Under the pieces are notes generated by a model. It saw only the letters and a program-made list of their open reading frames with translations, searched no databases and was not told where the DNA came from. DNA of 64,000 nt from Burkholderiales bacterium (GTDB lineage Bacteria > Pseudomonadota > Gammaproteobacteria > Burkholderiales > Burkholderiaceae_C): assembly GCA_028868825.1 (NCBI GenBank), contig JAGWTU010000028.1, positions 789-64,788 on the forward strand, in the 5' to 3' direction. Numbering within the stretch: position 1 is the stretch's first letter; every line of letters begins with the position of its first letter. Position numbers and translations under genes: made by a program. Positions 35,464 through 45,393 of the stretch are shown here, piece by piece.

Positions 35464-36657
35464 ATGGCCAAGATCCTCTACCTCGCCCATCGCATCCCCT
35501 ATCCGCCGGACAAGGGCGACAAGATCACGACCTTCAATTTCCTGCGCCATCTCTCGCAGCGCCATCAGGTCTACCTCGGCGCCTTCGTCGACAGCCCCGA
35601 GGACTGGGCGCACGAGGAGAAGCTGCGCTCGTATTGCACCGAGCTCAAGCTCGTCGGCATCGCGCCGCTGCGGCGGCGGCTGTGGAGCGCGCGCGCGCTG
35701 CTCGGTGCTCGCTCGCTGACCGAGGCCTATTACGCCAGCGCTGCGTTGCAGACCTGGGTCGACGCGACGATGCGCGAGCGCGGCATCGACGCCGTGCTCG
35801 CCTATTGCAGCGCGATGGCGCCTTATGTCGCCGACGCACGGTATGGCGGCGTGTCGCGCGTGACCCATTACGCCGACGTCGATTCGGAGAAGTGGAATTC
35901 GTATGCCGAGTCGCACCGCGGACTGATGAGCTGGGTCTACCGGCGCGAGGCGCGCACGCTGCTCGCACTCGAGCGCTCGATGTCGCAGGCCTACGACGTC
36001 ACCTCGTTCATCAGCGATGCCGATGCCGATCTCTACCGGCGCCTGGCGCCTGAATCGGCCGCGCGCGTGCGCGTCATCCCCAACGGCGTCGACACCGACT
36101 ATTACGACCCTGACCTGGCCCATGAGCCGCCGTACGCGGCCGGCGCCGAGACCGTGGTCTTCGTCGGGGCGATGGACTACTGGCCCAACGTCGACGCCGT
36201 GCGCTGGTTCGCCGACGAGGTGCTGCCGCTGCTGCGGCACGAGCGGCCCGCGGCCGAGTTCTGGATCGTCGGCAGCAAGCCGACGAACGAGGTCAAGCAG
36301 CTGGCCGAAAGACCGGGCGTGCATGTGACCGGGCGCGTTCCCGATGTGCGGCCCTATGTCGCTCATGCCGGTGCCGTTGTCGCGCCGCTGCGCGTGGCGC
36401 GCGGAACGCAGAACAAGGTCCTCGAGGCCTACGCGATGGCGCGCCGCGTCGCGCTGACGAGCGCGGCGGCGAACGGCCTGCGGCCCGATCCGTTCATTGC
36501 CGCCGATACCCACGACGAGCCGGCGGCGCTGGCCGGCGCCGTCGCACGCGCGCTCGCGGCGCCGCCGCGACATGCCGCCGCGCGCGACTACGTCATGCGG
36601 AATTTCTCCTGGGCCAGCGCCTGCGCCGAACTCGACCGCGCCTTGCGGCTGGATTGA
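35464..36657 (+). CDS. Glycosyltransferase group 1, 'sugar transferase, PEP-CTERM/EpsH1 system-associated' type
   Basis: N-terminus MAKILYLAHRIPYPPDKGDKITTFNFLRHLSQRHQVYLGAFVD and a C-terminal GT1 core (VGAMDYWPN...GTQNKVLEAYAM) resemble that family from memory. Confidence 0.7.
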   Translation: MAKILYLAHRIPYPPDKGDKITTFNFLRHLSQRHQVYLGAFVDSPEDWAHEEKLRSYCTELKLVGIAPLRRRLWSARALLGARSLTEAYYASAALQTWVDATMRERGIDAVLAYCSAMAPYVADARYGGVSRVTHYADVDSEKWNSYAESHRGLMSWVYRREARTLLALERSMSQAYDVTSFISDADADLYRRLAPESAARVRVIPNGVDTDYYDPDLAHEPPYAAGAETVVFVGAMDYWPNVDAVRWFADEVLPLLRHERPAAEFWIVGSKPTNEVKQLAERPGVHVTGRVPDVRPYVAHAGAVVAPLRVARGTQNKVLEAYAMARRVALTSAAANGLRPDPFIAADTHDEPAALAGAVARALAAPPRHAAARDYVMRNFSWASACAELDRALRLD

Positions 36658-36714
36658 GCGGCGGCGGCCGCGCTTGCGCCACCGCAGCGCGGCCGCGCCA
36701 AACAGGCGTAATCT

Positions 36715-39075
36715 GTGCGCTCCAAAAGCCAGACCCAGGAGACCGCCGTGACGCCCCCCCTCTCGGATGCAGAAGCCGCGCTGCGCGAAGCCGCGCTCGA
36801 ATACCACCGCGCACCGACGCGCGGCAAGATCTCCGTCACGCCGACGAAGCCGCTGTTCAACCAGCGCGACCTCTCGCTGGCCTATTCGCCGGGCGTGGCC
36901 TATGCGTGCCTGGCGATCGAGAAGGATCCCTCGCTGGCCGCCGAGTACACCTCGCGCGGCAACCTCGTCGGCGTCGTCACCAACGGCACCGCCGTGCTCG
37001 GTCTCGGCGACATCGGCCCGCTCGCCGGCAAGCCGGTGATGGAGGGCAAGGGCTGCCTGTTCAAGAAGTTCGCCGGCATCGACGTCTTCGACATCGAGCT
37101 CGCGCAGCGCGACCCCGACATGCTGATCGAGATCGTCGCCGCGCTCGAGCCGACGCTGGGCGGCGTCAACCTCGAGGACATCAAGGCGCCCGAATGCTTC
37201 TACATCGAGAAGAAGCTGCGCGAGCGCATGAACATCCCGGTCTTCCACGACGACCAGCATGGCACGGCCATCATCTCGTCGGCGGCGCTGCTCAACGGGC
37301 TCGAGCTCGTCGGCAAGCAGATCGGCGACGTCAAGATCGCCGTCTCGGGCGCCGGCGCGGCGGCCATCGCCTGCCTCGACGTCATGGTCGGCCTGGGCGT
37401 GCGGCGCGAGAACGTCTATGTCTGCGACAGCAAGGGCGTGATCCGCGCCGGCCGCGAGGACGTGCTCGCCGGCAAGCTCGACGAGAGCAAGCACCGCTAT
37501 TGCCAGCGCACCGACGCGCGCACGCTCGGCGAGGTGGTCAAGGACGCCGACGTCTTCCTCGGCTGCTCGGCCCCGGGCGTGCTGACGGCCGAGATGGTGG
37601 CGACGATGGCCGCGCGGCCCATCATCCTCGCGCTCGCCAACCCCGAGCCCGAGATCCGGCCCGAGCTGGCCAAGGCCGTGCGCCCCGACTGCATCATCGC
37701 CACCGGGCGCAGCGACTACCCGAACCAGGTCAACAACGTCCTGTGCTTCCCCTACATCTTCCGCGGCGCGCTCGACTGCGGCGCGACGAAGATCACCGAG
37801 GCGATGAAGCTGGCCTGCGTGCGCGAGATCGCCGCGCTGGCCAAGGCCGAGACGAGCGACGAGGTCGCCGCCGCGTACCAGGGTCGTGTCCTCAAGTTCG
37901 GCCCCGACTACCTGATCCCGACACCCTTCGACGTGCGGCTGATCCTGCGCATCGCCCCCGCGGTGGCCAAGGCGGCGCAGGAATCGGGCGTGGCGACACG
38001 GCCGATCGCCGACCTCGAGGCCTACCGCCAGTCGCTCGGCCGCTACGTCTACCAGACGGGGATGGTGATGCGCCCGGTGTTCGAGGCCGCGAAGGCGCAT
38101 TGCGCCAAGGGCGCGGCGCGCGTCGTCTACGCCGAGGGCGAGGACGAGCGCACGCTGCGCGCCGTGCAGGTCGTGCTCGACGAGGGCATGGCGCGGCCGA
38201 TCCTCGTCGGCCGCCCCGAGGTCGTGAAGATGCGCATCGAGCGCGCCGGGCTGCGGCTGCAGATCGGCCGCGACTTCGAGCTCTGCGACCCCGAGAAAGA
38301 CCCGCGCTTCCGCGACTACTGGGAGCTTTACCGCCGGCTGATGGCGCGTGAGGGCGTGACGCCCGACGCCGCCAAGGCCACGGTGCGGCGTTCGAACACG
38401 CTGATCTCGTCGCTGATGCTGCAGCGCGGCGAGGCCGAGGCGATGATCTGCGGCCTCGTCGGTCGCTACGACGCGCACCTCGACCATGTGCGCTCGGTGA
38501 TCGGCGCGCGCAGCGGCACGCGCACGCTGGCGGCGATGAACGCGCTGATGCTCGACAACCAGACCCTGTTCATCACCGACACCTTCGTCAACGAGGAGCC
38601 CAGCGCCGAGGAGCTCGCCGAGATCGCGCTGATGGCGGCCAACGAGGTGGCTCGCTTCGGCCTGCCGCCGAAGGTCGCCTTCCTCTCGCATTCGATCTTC
38701 GGCTCGTCGTCACGGCCGGCGGCCAAGCGGATGCGCCAGGCGCATGCGCTGTTCCGCGAACTCGCGCCCGGCATCGAGAGCGACGGCGAGATGCAGGGCG
38801 ACGCCGCGCTGTCGGAGACCGTGCGCCGCGGCTATCTGCCCGAGACGACGCTGGCCGGCAGCGCCAACCTGCTCGTGCTGCCCAACCTCGACGCCGCGAA
38901 CATCCTGTTCAATGTCCTCAAGGTCGCCTCGGGCAACGGCGTCACCGTCGGTCCGATCCTGCTCGGCGCGGCGCGGCCGGCGCATATCCTGACGCCGTCG
39001 TCGACGGTGCGCCGCATCGTCAACATGACGGCGCTGGCGGTGGCCGACGCGGCGGCCACGGCGGGCAACGGCTGA
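36715..39075 (+). CDS. maeB: NADP-dependent malic enzyme (malic enzyme plus PTA-like domain)
   Basis: [36 protein letters not shown] and a C-terminal phosphotransacetylase-like domain. The start may instead be GTG at 36748. Confidence 0.9.
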   Translation: MRSKSQTQETAVTPPLSDAEAALREAALEYHRAPTRGKISVTPTKPLFNQRDLSLAYSPGVAYACLAIEKDPSLAAEYTSRGNLVGVVTNGTAVLGLGDIGPLAGKPVMEGKGCLFKKFAGIDVFDIELAQRDPDMLIEIVAALEPTLGGVNLEDIKAPECFYIEKKLRERMNIPVFHDDQHGTAIISSAALLNGLELVGKQIGDVKIAVSGAGAAAIACLDVMVGLGVRRENVYVCDSKGVIRAGREDVLAGKLDESKHRYCQRTDARTLGEVVKDADVFLGCSAPGVLTAEMVATMAARPIILALANPEPEIRPELAKAVRPDCIIATGRSDYPNQVNNVLCFPYIFRGALDCGATKITEAMKLACVREIAALAKAETSDEVAAAYQGRVLKFGPDYLIPTPFDVRLILRIAPAVAKAAQESGVATRPIADLEAYRQSLGRYVYQTGMVMRPVFEAAKAHCAKGAARVVYAEGEDERTLRAVQVVLDEGMARPILVGRPEVVKMRIERAGLRLQIGRDFELCDPEKDPRFRDYWELYRRLMAREGVTPDAAKATVRRSNTLISSLMLQRGEAEAMICGLVGRYDAHLDHVRSVIGARSGTRTLAAMNALMLDNQTLFITDTFVNEEPSAEELAEIALMAANEVARFGLPPKVAFLSHSIFGSSSRPAAKRMRQAHALFRELAPGIESDGEMQGDAALSETVRRGYLPETTLAGSANLLVLPNLDAANILFNVLKVASGNGVTVGPILLGAARPAHILTPSSTVRRIVNMTALAVADAAATAGNG

Positions 39076-39091
39076 AGCAAGAGCAGTCGTG

Positions 39092-39111
39092 GCGGGCCCG
39101 GACGGGCCCGC
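39092..39111. terminator. GC-rich hairpin between the convergent maeB and rlpA-like genes (candidate bidirectional terminator)
   Basis: GCGGGCCC-GGAC-GGGCCCGC is a perfect 8-bp stem, followed only by TT on the plus strand. Confidence 0.4.
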
Positions 39112-39127
39112 TTCGGCGGATGCCCGT

Positions 39128-39625
39128 TCAGTGCTTGCCGTGACGGGCGCGGCTGTGGTGGCGGGCGCCATGCGCCGCGCCGCCGCCGAGGACTTCGAGC
39201 TGGGCCTCGATGACGCCCGAACGCAACATGTGCAGGCGGCGTGCCGCGGCCAGCGACAGGTCGCCGACGCGGTCGGCAGTGCTCGGTCCGCGGTCGTTGA
39301 CGCGGACGATGACGCTGCGGTGGTTCTTCGTGTTCGTGACGCGCACGCGGGTGCCGAAGGGCAGCGTCTTGTGCGCCATCGTCAGCGCGGCGGGGTTGAA
39401 GCGCTCGCCGCTGGCCGTGCGGCGGTGGCTGAACTTGCGGCCGTAGTAGGCGACCTTGCCGCTTTCGGTGCCGGCCGTGGCGGCGGCGGGAGCCGAAGGA
39501 GCAGCAGGAGCGGTTGCGGGCGCCGGCGCCGCGGTGCTGGCGGCGGCGGCAGCGGCCGGTGCCTGGGCACCGGCGGCGAAGGACAGGGCGGCGGCGACGG
39601 CCACGAGCACGCGTTGGAATTTCAC
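39128..39625 (-). CDS. Septal ring lytic transglycosylase RlpA family (DPBB domain) protein
   Basis: GTG start preceded by GAGGAG. Signal peptide, Ala/Pro linker and the DPBB core GKVAYYGRKFSHRRTASGERFNPAALTMAHKTLPFGTRVRVTN...VIVRVNDRGP. Confidence 0.75.
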   Translation of the reverse strand: MKFQRVLVAVAAALSFAAGAQAPAAAAAASTAAPAPATAPAAPSAPAAATAGTESGKVAYYGRKFSHRRTASGERFNPAALTMAHKTLPFGTRVRVTNTKNHRSVIVRVNDRGPSTADRVGDLSLAAARRLHMLRSGVIEAQLEVLGGGAAHGARHHSRARHGKH

Positions 39626-39801
39626 GGGGGGACTCCTCGGTTTGGTTTTGTACCGCGCCGGGTCGGCGCAACCGCGCAATCTAGATGGCCGGCGTCCCTT
39701 CTCCCTCCATCCTAGGTCTAGGCGGCCGTAATCGGTGCGTAACTCGTTGTCGCCGACGACACCCATAATCGCCGCCCAATAGCCACCTTCGGAGCCCGAC
39801 C

Positions 39802-41232
39802 ATGACCCGCGCCACCAAGATCGTCGCCACCCTGGGCCCGGCTTCGAGCGACCCCGAGGTGCTCGAGCGGCTGCTGCGCGCCGGCGTCGACGTCGTGCGG
39901 TTGAATTTCAGCCACGGCAAGGCGCAGGACCATATCGATCGCGCCGCGCTCGTGCGCTCGGTCGCCGACAAGGTCGGCAAGACGGTGGCGCTGATGGCCG
40001 ACCTGCAGGGGCCGAAGATCCGCGTCGGCAAGTTCGCCGACGGCAAGGTGATGCTCGAGCCCGGTGCGGCCTTCGTGCTCGATGCCCAGCGCAGCGAGCC
40101 CGGCAACGTCGAGATCGTCGGCCTCGACTACAAGGAGCTGCCGCGCGACGTGCGCCCCGGCGACACGCTGCTGCTCAACGACGGGCTGATCAAGCTGCGC
40201 GTCGAGAGCGTGCTCGGCGAGCAGGTGCACACCAAGGTCGTCCTCGGCGGCGAGCTGTCGAACAACAAGGGCATCAACAAGGCCGGCGGCGGGCTCACGG
40301 CGCCGGCGCTGACGGCCAAGGACATGGAGGACATCAAGACCGCCGTGGCCTTCCAGTGCGAGTACCTGGCGATCAGCTTCCCGAAGAACGCCACCGACAT
40401 GGAGATGGCGCGCCAGCTCGCCTACGTCGCCGGCGAGGCGACGCGCCACAAGCCGGCGCTGATCGCCAAGATCGAGCGCAGCGAGGCGATCCCGCATCTC
40501 GAGGCCATCCTGCGCGCCAGCGACGGCATCATGGTCGCGCGCGGCGACCTCGCCGTCGAGGTCGGCAACGCCGCCGTGCCGGCGCTGCAGAAGAAGATGA
40601 TCCGCATGGCGCGCGAGATGGACAAGGTCGTCATCACCGCGACGCAGATGATGGAGAGCATGATCCTCGCGCCGGTGCCCACGCGCGCCGAGGTCAGCGA
40701 CGTCGCCAACGCCGTGCTCGACGGCACCGACGCCGTGATGCTCAGCGCCGAGACCGCCGCCGGCAAGTACCCGGTCGAGACGGTCGAGCAGATGGCGCAG
40801 ATCGCGCTCGAGGCCGAACGCGCCGAGGAAGTGCTGCTCGACGCCGACTTCACGAACAAGCGCTTCGGCCGCATCGACCAGAGCATCGCGATGGGCGCGC
40901 TGTTCACGGCCAACCACCTCGGCTGCCGCGCCATCATCGCGCTCACCGAATCGGGGTCGACGGCGTTGTGGATGAGCCGCCACAACATCAAGGTGCCGAT
41001 CTACGGCCTGACCTCGCAGCTCAATTCGCAGCGCCGCATGGCGCTGTACCGCAACGTGCGGCCGCTGCTGATGCCCAAGGTCGCCGATCGCGACACGGCG
41101 CTGGCGCAAGCCGAGGCGCTGCTCGTCGAGCGCGGCGTGCTCAAGCCCGGCGACACCTACGCCATCACCTGCGGCGAGCCGATGGGCTACCCCGGCGGCA
41201 CGAACATGCTGAAGGTGGCGCAGGTGCGCTGA
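39802..41232 (+). CDS. pyk: Pyruvate kinase
   Basis: TKIVATLGPAS, VVRLNFSHG, DLQGPKIR, MVARGDLAVE. Confidence 0.95.
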   Translation: MTRATKIVATLGPASSDPEVLERLLRAGVDVVRLNFSHGKAQDHIDRAALVRSVADKVGKTVALMADLQGPKIRVGKFADGKVMLEPGAAFVLDAQRSEPGNVEIVGLDYKELPRDVRPGDTLLLNDGLIKLRVESVLGEQVHTKVVLGGELSNNKGINKAGGGLTAPALTAKDMEDIKTAVAFQCEYLAISFPKNATDMEMARQLAYVAGEATRHKPALIAKIERSEAIPHLEAILRASDGIMVARGDLAVEVGNAAVPALQKKMIRMAREMDKVVITATQMMESMILAPVPTRAEVSDVANAVLDGTDAVMLSAETAAGKYPVETVEQMAQIALEAERAEEVLLDADFTNKRFGRIDQSIAMGALFTANHLGCRAIIALTESGSTALWMSRHNIKVPIYGLTSQLNSQRRMALYRNVRPLLMPKVADRDTALAQAEALLVERGVLKPGDTYAITCGEPMGYPGGTNMLKVAQVR

Positions 41233-41266
41233 GGCGCCGCGCGCCGGCGCCCGGTCAGACTCCCGA

Positions 41267-42286
41267 TCAAACGGCTGCGGCCATCGCGGCGACGCGCTCG
41301 CTCATGCGGCGCGGCACCAGTTCCAGCCGCGGCAGTTCGCGGTGCAGGACGCGGAACAGCTCGTCGGCGAAACCCTGGCCGATCTCGGCGATGCCGCCGA
41401 AATCGAGCTCGGCGCGCTCGAAGCCCGCAAGCCGCGCGACGACGCGCCGCGCCTCGGCGCGCGAGACCAGCGAGAGCCCGCCGCCGCCGTCCTGGCCGAG
41501 CAGGTGCAGCGGCACCTCGGTGCAGTCGAAGCGGGTGCCCGCGCCGTCGGCGCTGTGGCGCCGTGCAACCTCGCCGAGCGTGCGCGGCGTACCGATGGCG
41601 AAGGCCAGGAATACCGTCGTGCCGACGCGCGCCACCGGGCGCCCGGCGTGCCAGCGCCGCTCGTCCCAGTTGCGGCATTGGTAGGCGACGCCGTTGGCGT
41701 GGATGTCGAACACGTCGGCCAGCCGCGAGCTGAAGTACAGGCCGTGGCCGCGGTGGCGGTCGGGCGAGGTCGTCAGCTTGCCCTTGGCGAGCTCGAACAT
41801 CGCCAGCGCCGGGTCGGCGATCGCGTGGCCCTGCTGGATGCGCTCGAACAGGCCGCAGCCGTCGTCGGAGATCAGCAGCTGCACCTGCAGCGGCGTCTGC
41901 CGCATCGAGACCGTGACCTGGGTGCCGCCGCTGTGCGAGACGGCGTTGTTGAGCAGCTCGGTGTAGGCATGGCGGACCATGCGCAGCAACTCGGGTGCGA
42001 GTTCGAAGCAGGGCGCGAAGTCGTGGCGCCAGGGGGCGTCCTCCTCGAGCCCGGCGATCGCGTAGCGGCGCACGACCTGGCGCAGCGCGCCCGGCCGGTA
42101 GACGCGGCGGCGCGCGCAGCCCTGCACCGTCAGCCATTGCAGCGCGACGAGCCGGCGCAGCGCGTTGCAGGCGCTGCGCCGCGTCACGCCGAGCCGCTCG
42201 GCGAGCAGATCGGGCAGGCGGGCGCCGTCGCTGATCGCGGCGGCGGTGATCCATTGGGTCGTCGCGTTGAGGTCGATGCGCGCCAT
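41267..42286 (-). CDS. wHTH + GHKL-type ATPase (SpoIIAB-like) + STAS-like (DUF4325-like) domain protein
   Basis: N-terminal HTH-like [26 protein letters not shown]-box [10 protein letters not shown]1 ISDDGCGLF and G2-like GHGLYF. C-terminal [22 protein letters not shown]. Start taken at [10 protein letters not shown]. Confidence 0.6.
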   Translation of the reverse strand: MARIDLNATTQWITAAAISDGARLPDLLAERLGVTRRSACNALRRLVALQWLTVQGCARRRVYRPGALRQVVRRYAIAGLEEDAPWRHDFAPCFELAPELLRMVRHAYTELLNNAVSHSGGTQVTVSMRQTPLQVQLLISDDGCGLFERIQQGHAIADPALAMFELAKGKLTTSPDRHRGHGLYFSSRLADVFDIHANGVAYQCRNWDERRWHAGRPVARVGTTVFLAFAIGTPRTLGEVARRHSADGAGTRFDCTEVPLHLLGQDGGGGLSLVSRAEARRVVARLAGFERAELDFGGIAEIGQGFADELFRVLHRELPRLELVPRRMSERVAAMAAAV

Positions 42287-42497
42287 GGCCGTACTTTCGA
42301 TAGGAACGTGGGCGCGAGTGTCGCCGCGGCCGCCGCCGCCGCCGGTGCCGAAAAGCGGGCGTTTCACGGTGCATTTGCCGCCGGCGCGGCGTGCCTCGAT
42401 CGGGCCGCGGGACGGCCCGGTGCTGGGCCTAAAATCGATCGATTACGGCGCGGTACGAAAGGCGCTGACTGCGGTTCCCAACCACTCGGAGATCTCC

Positions 42498-43562
42498 ATG
42501 CCTCTCGTTTCGATGCGCCAGCTGCTCGACCACGCCGCCGAGCACGGCTATGGCATTCCGGCCTTCAACGTCAACAACCTCGAACAGGTGCAGGCGGTGA
42601 TGACGGCGGCGGCCGAGGTCGGCGCGCCGGTGATCCTGCAGGCCAGCGCCGGCGCCCGCAAGTACGCCGGCGAGCCCTTCATCAAGCACCTGATCCTGGC
42701 GGCGATCGAGTCGTGGCCGCAGATCCCGCTCGTCATGCACCAGGACCATGGCCAGAGCCCCGATGTCTGCCGCGGCGCCATCGACCTCGGCTTCTCGTCG
42801 GTGATGATGGACGGCAGCCTCGAGGCCGACGGCAAGTCGATCGCCAGCTACGACTACAACGTCGAGGTCACGCGCAAGGTCGTCGAGATGGCGCATGTGC
42901 AGGGCGTGACCGTCGAGGGCGAGCTCGGCTGCCTGGGCAGCCTCGAGACCATGCGTGGCGACAAGGAAGACGGCCACGGCACCGACGCGACGATGACGCG
43001 CGAGCAGCTGCTCACCGACCCCGAGCAGGCCGCCGACTTCGTCAAGCGCACCCAGCTCGACGCGCTGGCGATCGCCATCGGCACCAGCCACGGCGCCTAC
43101 AAGTTCAGCCGCAAGCCCACCGGCGAGACGCTGGCCATCAGCCGCATCAAGGAGATCAACGCCCGCATCCCGAACACCCACCTCGTGATGCACGGCTCGT
43201 CGAGCGTGCCGCAGGACCTGCTCGAGATCATCCGCGCCCATGGCGGCAAGATGAAGGAGACCTACGGCGTGCCGGTGAGCGAGATCCAGGAGGCGATCAA
43301 GTACGGCGTGCGCAAGGTCAACATCGACACCGACATCCGGCTGGCGATGACCGCGGCGGTGCGCAAGTTCCTGGTCGAGAACCCCGAGAAGTTCGACGCC
43401 CGCGACTGGCTCAAGCCCGCGCGCGAGGCCGCCAAGGCAATCTGCAAGCAGCGCTACCTCGAGTTCGGCTGCGAGGGCCAGGCGGCGAAGATCAAGCCGC
43501 TGGCGCTGGGCGAGGTCGCGCAGCGCTACGCCAGCGGCAAGCTGGCGCAGGTCGTCCAGTAA
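42498..43562 (+). CDS. fba: Fructose-bisphosphate aldolase, class II (CbbA/Calvin-cycle subtype)
   Basis: [53 protein letters not shown]. Confidence 0.95.
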   Translation: MPLVSMRQLLDHAAEHGYGIPAFNVNNLEQVQAVMTAAAEVGAPVILQASAGARKYAGEPFIKHLILAAIESWPQIPLVMHQDHGQSPDVCRGAIDLGFSSVMMDGSLEADGKSIASYDYNVEVTRKVVEMAHVQGVTVEGELGCLGSLETMRGDKEDGHGTDATMTREQLLTDPEQAADFVKRTQLDALAIAIGTSHGAYKFSRKPTGETLAISRIKEINARIPNTHLVMHGSSSVPQDLLEIIRAHGGKMKETYGVPVSEIQEAIKYGVRKVNIDTDIRLAMTAAVRKFLVENPEKFDARDWLKPAREAAKAICKQRYLEFGCEGQAAKIKPLALGEVAQRYASGKLAQVVQ

Positions 43563-43633
43563 GGCCGGGCCGCGCGCGGCGGCTGCCGCGCGCAGCGCGC
43601 GCGCTGGCCGGTCGCGCCGCCGGCATCGACGGT

Positions 43634-43661
43634 GCATCACCACCGCTCGCGGCGGTGATGC
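43634..43661 (+). terminator. Imperfect hairpin downstream of fba (weak candidate terminator)
   Basis: GCATCACCACCGC..GCGGCGGTGATGC has arms complementary except for one mismatch. It is followed by TCAAGTTCGTTG, a poor U-tract. Confidence 0.25.
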
Positions 43662-43688
43662 TCAAGTTCGTTGAAAACTATCCGAAGA
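43662..43688 (+). promoter_or_regulatory. Sigma-28 (FliA)-like promoter upstream of the chemoreceptor gene
   Basis: TCAAGTTC-N11-TCCGAAGA compared with the E. coli consensus TAAAGTTT-N11-GCCGATAA, with correct spacing and 11 of 16 matches. It lies in an AT-richer patch about 125 nt upstream of the MCP start. Confidence 0.4.
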
Positions 43689-43812
43689 GATAGTTCACGA
43701 ACTGAAAACTGTCGGGCGGAGGGGCCCCGCGCCGTTGCCGGCGCCTGCACCTTGCCGGGGCCACGAGGCGCCGGTGCAAGCGTTTGCCGCGCGACGCAAC
43801 CGGGAGCTCCCC

Positions 43813-45357
43813 TTGAAGAATCTGAACATCGGCGTCCGGCTGGGCCTCGGCTTCGGCCTGCTGATCGCGCTGCTCCTGCTGCTGGCCGGGGTCGGCGCGG
43901 CGCGCATGGCCAGCCTCGACGGCGCCGTGAACGAGGTCGGCAAGGACCGCTACCCCAAGGTCAATGCGACGCAGCGGATCTCCTTCGTCGTGATGGATGA
44001 GGCCCGCATCACGCGCGATCTGATCCTGCTCGACGACGAACCGGCGCGGCGCCGGCACCTCGAGGCCTACGACAAGGACCGGATACTGATCCGCGACCAG
44101 CTGGCCTATCTCGACAAGACGCTGAGGTCGACCGAGGGCCGGGCGCGCTACGACCGCCTGCTCGCCGCGCGCAAGGCGTTCCTGGGCTTCACCGACGAGG
44201 TGCTCGCGCTCGCCGGCCAGCGCAAGCAGGCGGCGGCGACGGCCTTGCTGTTCGGTCCGCGCTACGCGACCCAGGCCGCCTATCTGGCGGCGCTGGCCGA
44301 CCTGAACGGCTACCAGGAGCAGCTGCTCGATGCCAGCATCGTGAAGGCGAGCGACGTCTACGACCAGGGCCGTCTGACGCTGGCGCTGGTCGCGGCCATC
44401 GCGATGCTGGCGGGTGTCGCCAGCGCCTTCGTCCTCACGCGCTCGATCACCCGACCCCTGGACCTGGCCGTCGCGGCCGCCAACCGCGTCGCCGAGGGCG
44501 ACCTCACGCACCGCATCGAGGCCGGCTCGCGCGACGAGACCGGACGCCTGCTCGGCGCGCTGCAGCGCATGCAGGAATCGCTGCAGCGCGTCGTCTGTGA
44601 CGTGCGCAGCAACGCCGAGAGCGTCGCTGCGGCGACGAGCCAGATCGCGCAGGGCAACCTCGACCTGTCCAGCCGCACCGAGCAGCAGGCGGCGGCGCTG
44701 CAGCAGACCGCGGCGTCGATGGACGAGCTCGGCGCGACGGTCAAGCAGAACGCCGACAACGCGCGCCAGGCCGACCGCCTGGCCCAGGGCGCGAGCAGCA
44801 CGGCGGTGCAGGGCGGCGAGGTCGTCGCGCGCGTCGTCGAGACGATGAAGGACATCAATGCGAGCAGCCGCCGCATCGCCGACATCATCGGCACGATCGA
44901 CGGCATCGCCTTCCAGACCAACATCCTGGCGCTGAATGCCGCGGTCGAGGCGGCGCGTGCCGGCGAGCAGGGCCGCGGCTTCGCCGTCGTCGCCTCCGAG
45001 GTGCGCAGCCTGGCGCAGCGCAGCGCCGAGGCGGCACGCGAGATCAAGAGCCTGATCACCGCCAGCGTCGAGCGCGTCGAGGTCGGCACCTCGCAGGTCG
45101 ACGAGGCCGGCTCGACGATGACCGAGGTCGTCGGCGCGATCCGCCGCGTCACCGCCATCATGGGCGAGATCAGCGCCGCCAGCGTCGAGCAGAGCGCCGG
45201 CGTCGGTCAGGTCGGCGCCGCGGTCAGCCAGATGGATCAGGCGACCCAGCGCAATGCCGCGCTGGTCGAGGAAAGCGCCGCCGCGGCCGAGGGCCTGAAG
45301 CAGCAGGCCGAGCAGCTCGTCGACGCGGTGTCGGTGTTCAGGTTGTCGACGGCGTAG
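43813..45357 (+). CDS. Methyl-accepting chemotaxis protein (4-helix-bundle sensor, HAMP, MA domain)
   Basis: TTG start after GGGAG. N-terminal [17 protein letters not shown] and the highly conserved signalling hairpin [44 protein letters not shown]. Confidence 0.9.
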   Translation: MKNLNIGVRLGLGFGLLIALLLLLAGVGAARMASLDGAVNEVGKDRYPKVNATQRISFVVMDEARITRDLILLDDEPARRRHLEAYDKDRILIRDQLAYLDKTLRSTEGRARYDRLLAARKAFLGFTDEVLALAGQRKQAAATALLFGPRYATQAAYLAALADLNGYQEQLLDASIVKASDVYDQGRLTLALVAAIAMLAGVASAFVLTRSITRPLDLAVAAANRVAEGDLTHRIEAGSRDETGRLLGALQRMQESLQRVVCDVRSNAESVAAATSQIAQGNLDLSSRTEQQAAALQQTAASMDELGATVKQNADNARQADRLAQGASSTAVQGGEVVARVVETMKDINASSRRIADIIGTIDGIAFQTNILALNAAVEAARAGEQGRGFAVVASEVRSLAQRSAEAAREIKSLITASVERVEVGTSQVDEAGSTMTEVVGAIRRVTAIMGEISAASVEQSAGVGQVGAAVSQMDQATQRNAALVEESAAAAEGLKQQAEQLVDAVSVFRLSTA

Positions 45358-45358
45358 C

Positions 45359-45374
45359 GCGCCACGCGTGGCGC
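45359..45374. terminator. 16-nt perfect palindrome between the convergent MCP and pfkB-family genes
   Basis: GCGCCACG|CGTGGCGC read directly. No U-tract, so its function is uncertain. Confidence 0.25.
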
Positions 45375-45393
45375 TGGGGCCGGCGCGCGCCGT

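Noticed and set aside
41233-41251. Short GC hairpin (GGCGCC...GGCGCC) between pyk and the HTH-ATPase-STAS gene as a terminator
   Set aside because: The stem is only 6 bp with a GC-only loop and no U-tract. It cannot be distinguished from background GC-rich self-complementarity.
43671-44000. 109-aa ORF starting at TTG in the fba-MCP intergenic region
   Set aside because: It is out of frame with, and overlaps, the well-supported MCP gene. The composition is Arg/Ala/Pro-rich, and the region is better explained as promoter and 5' UTR.
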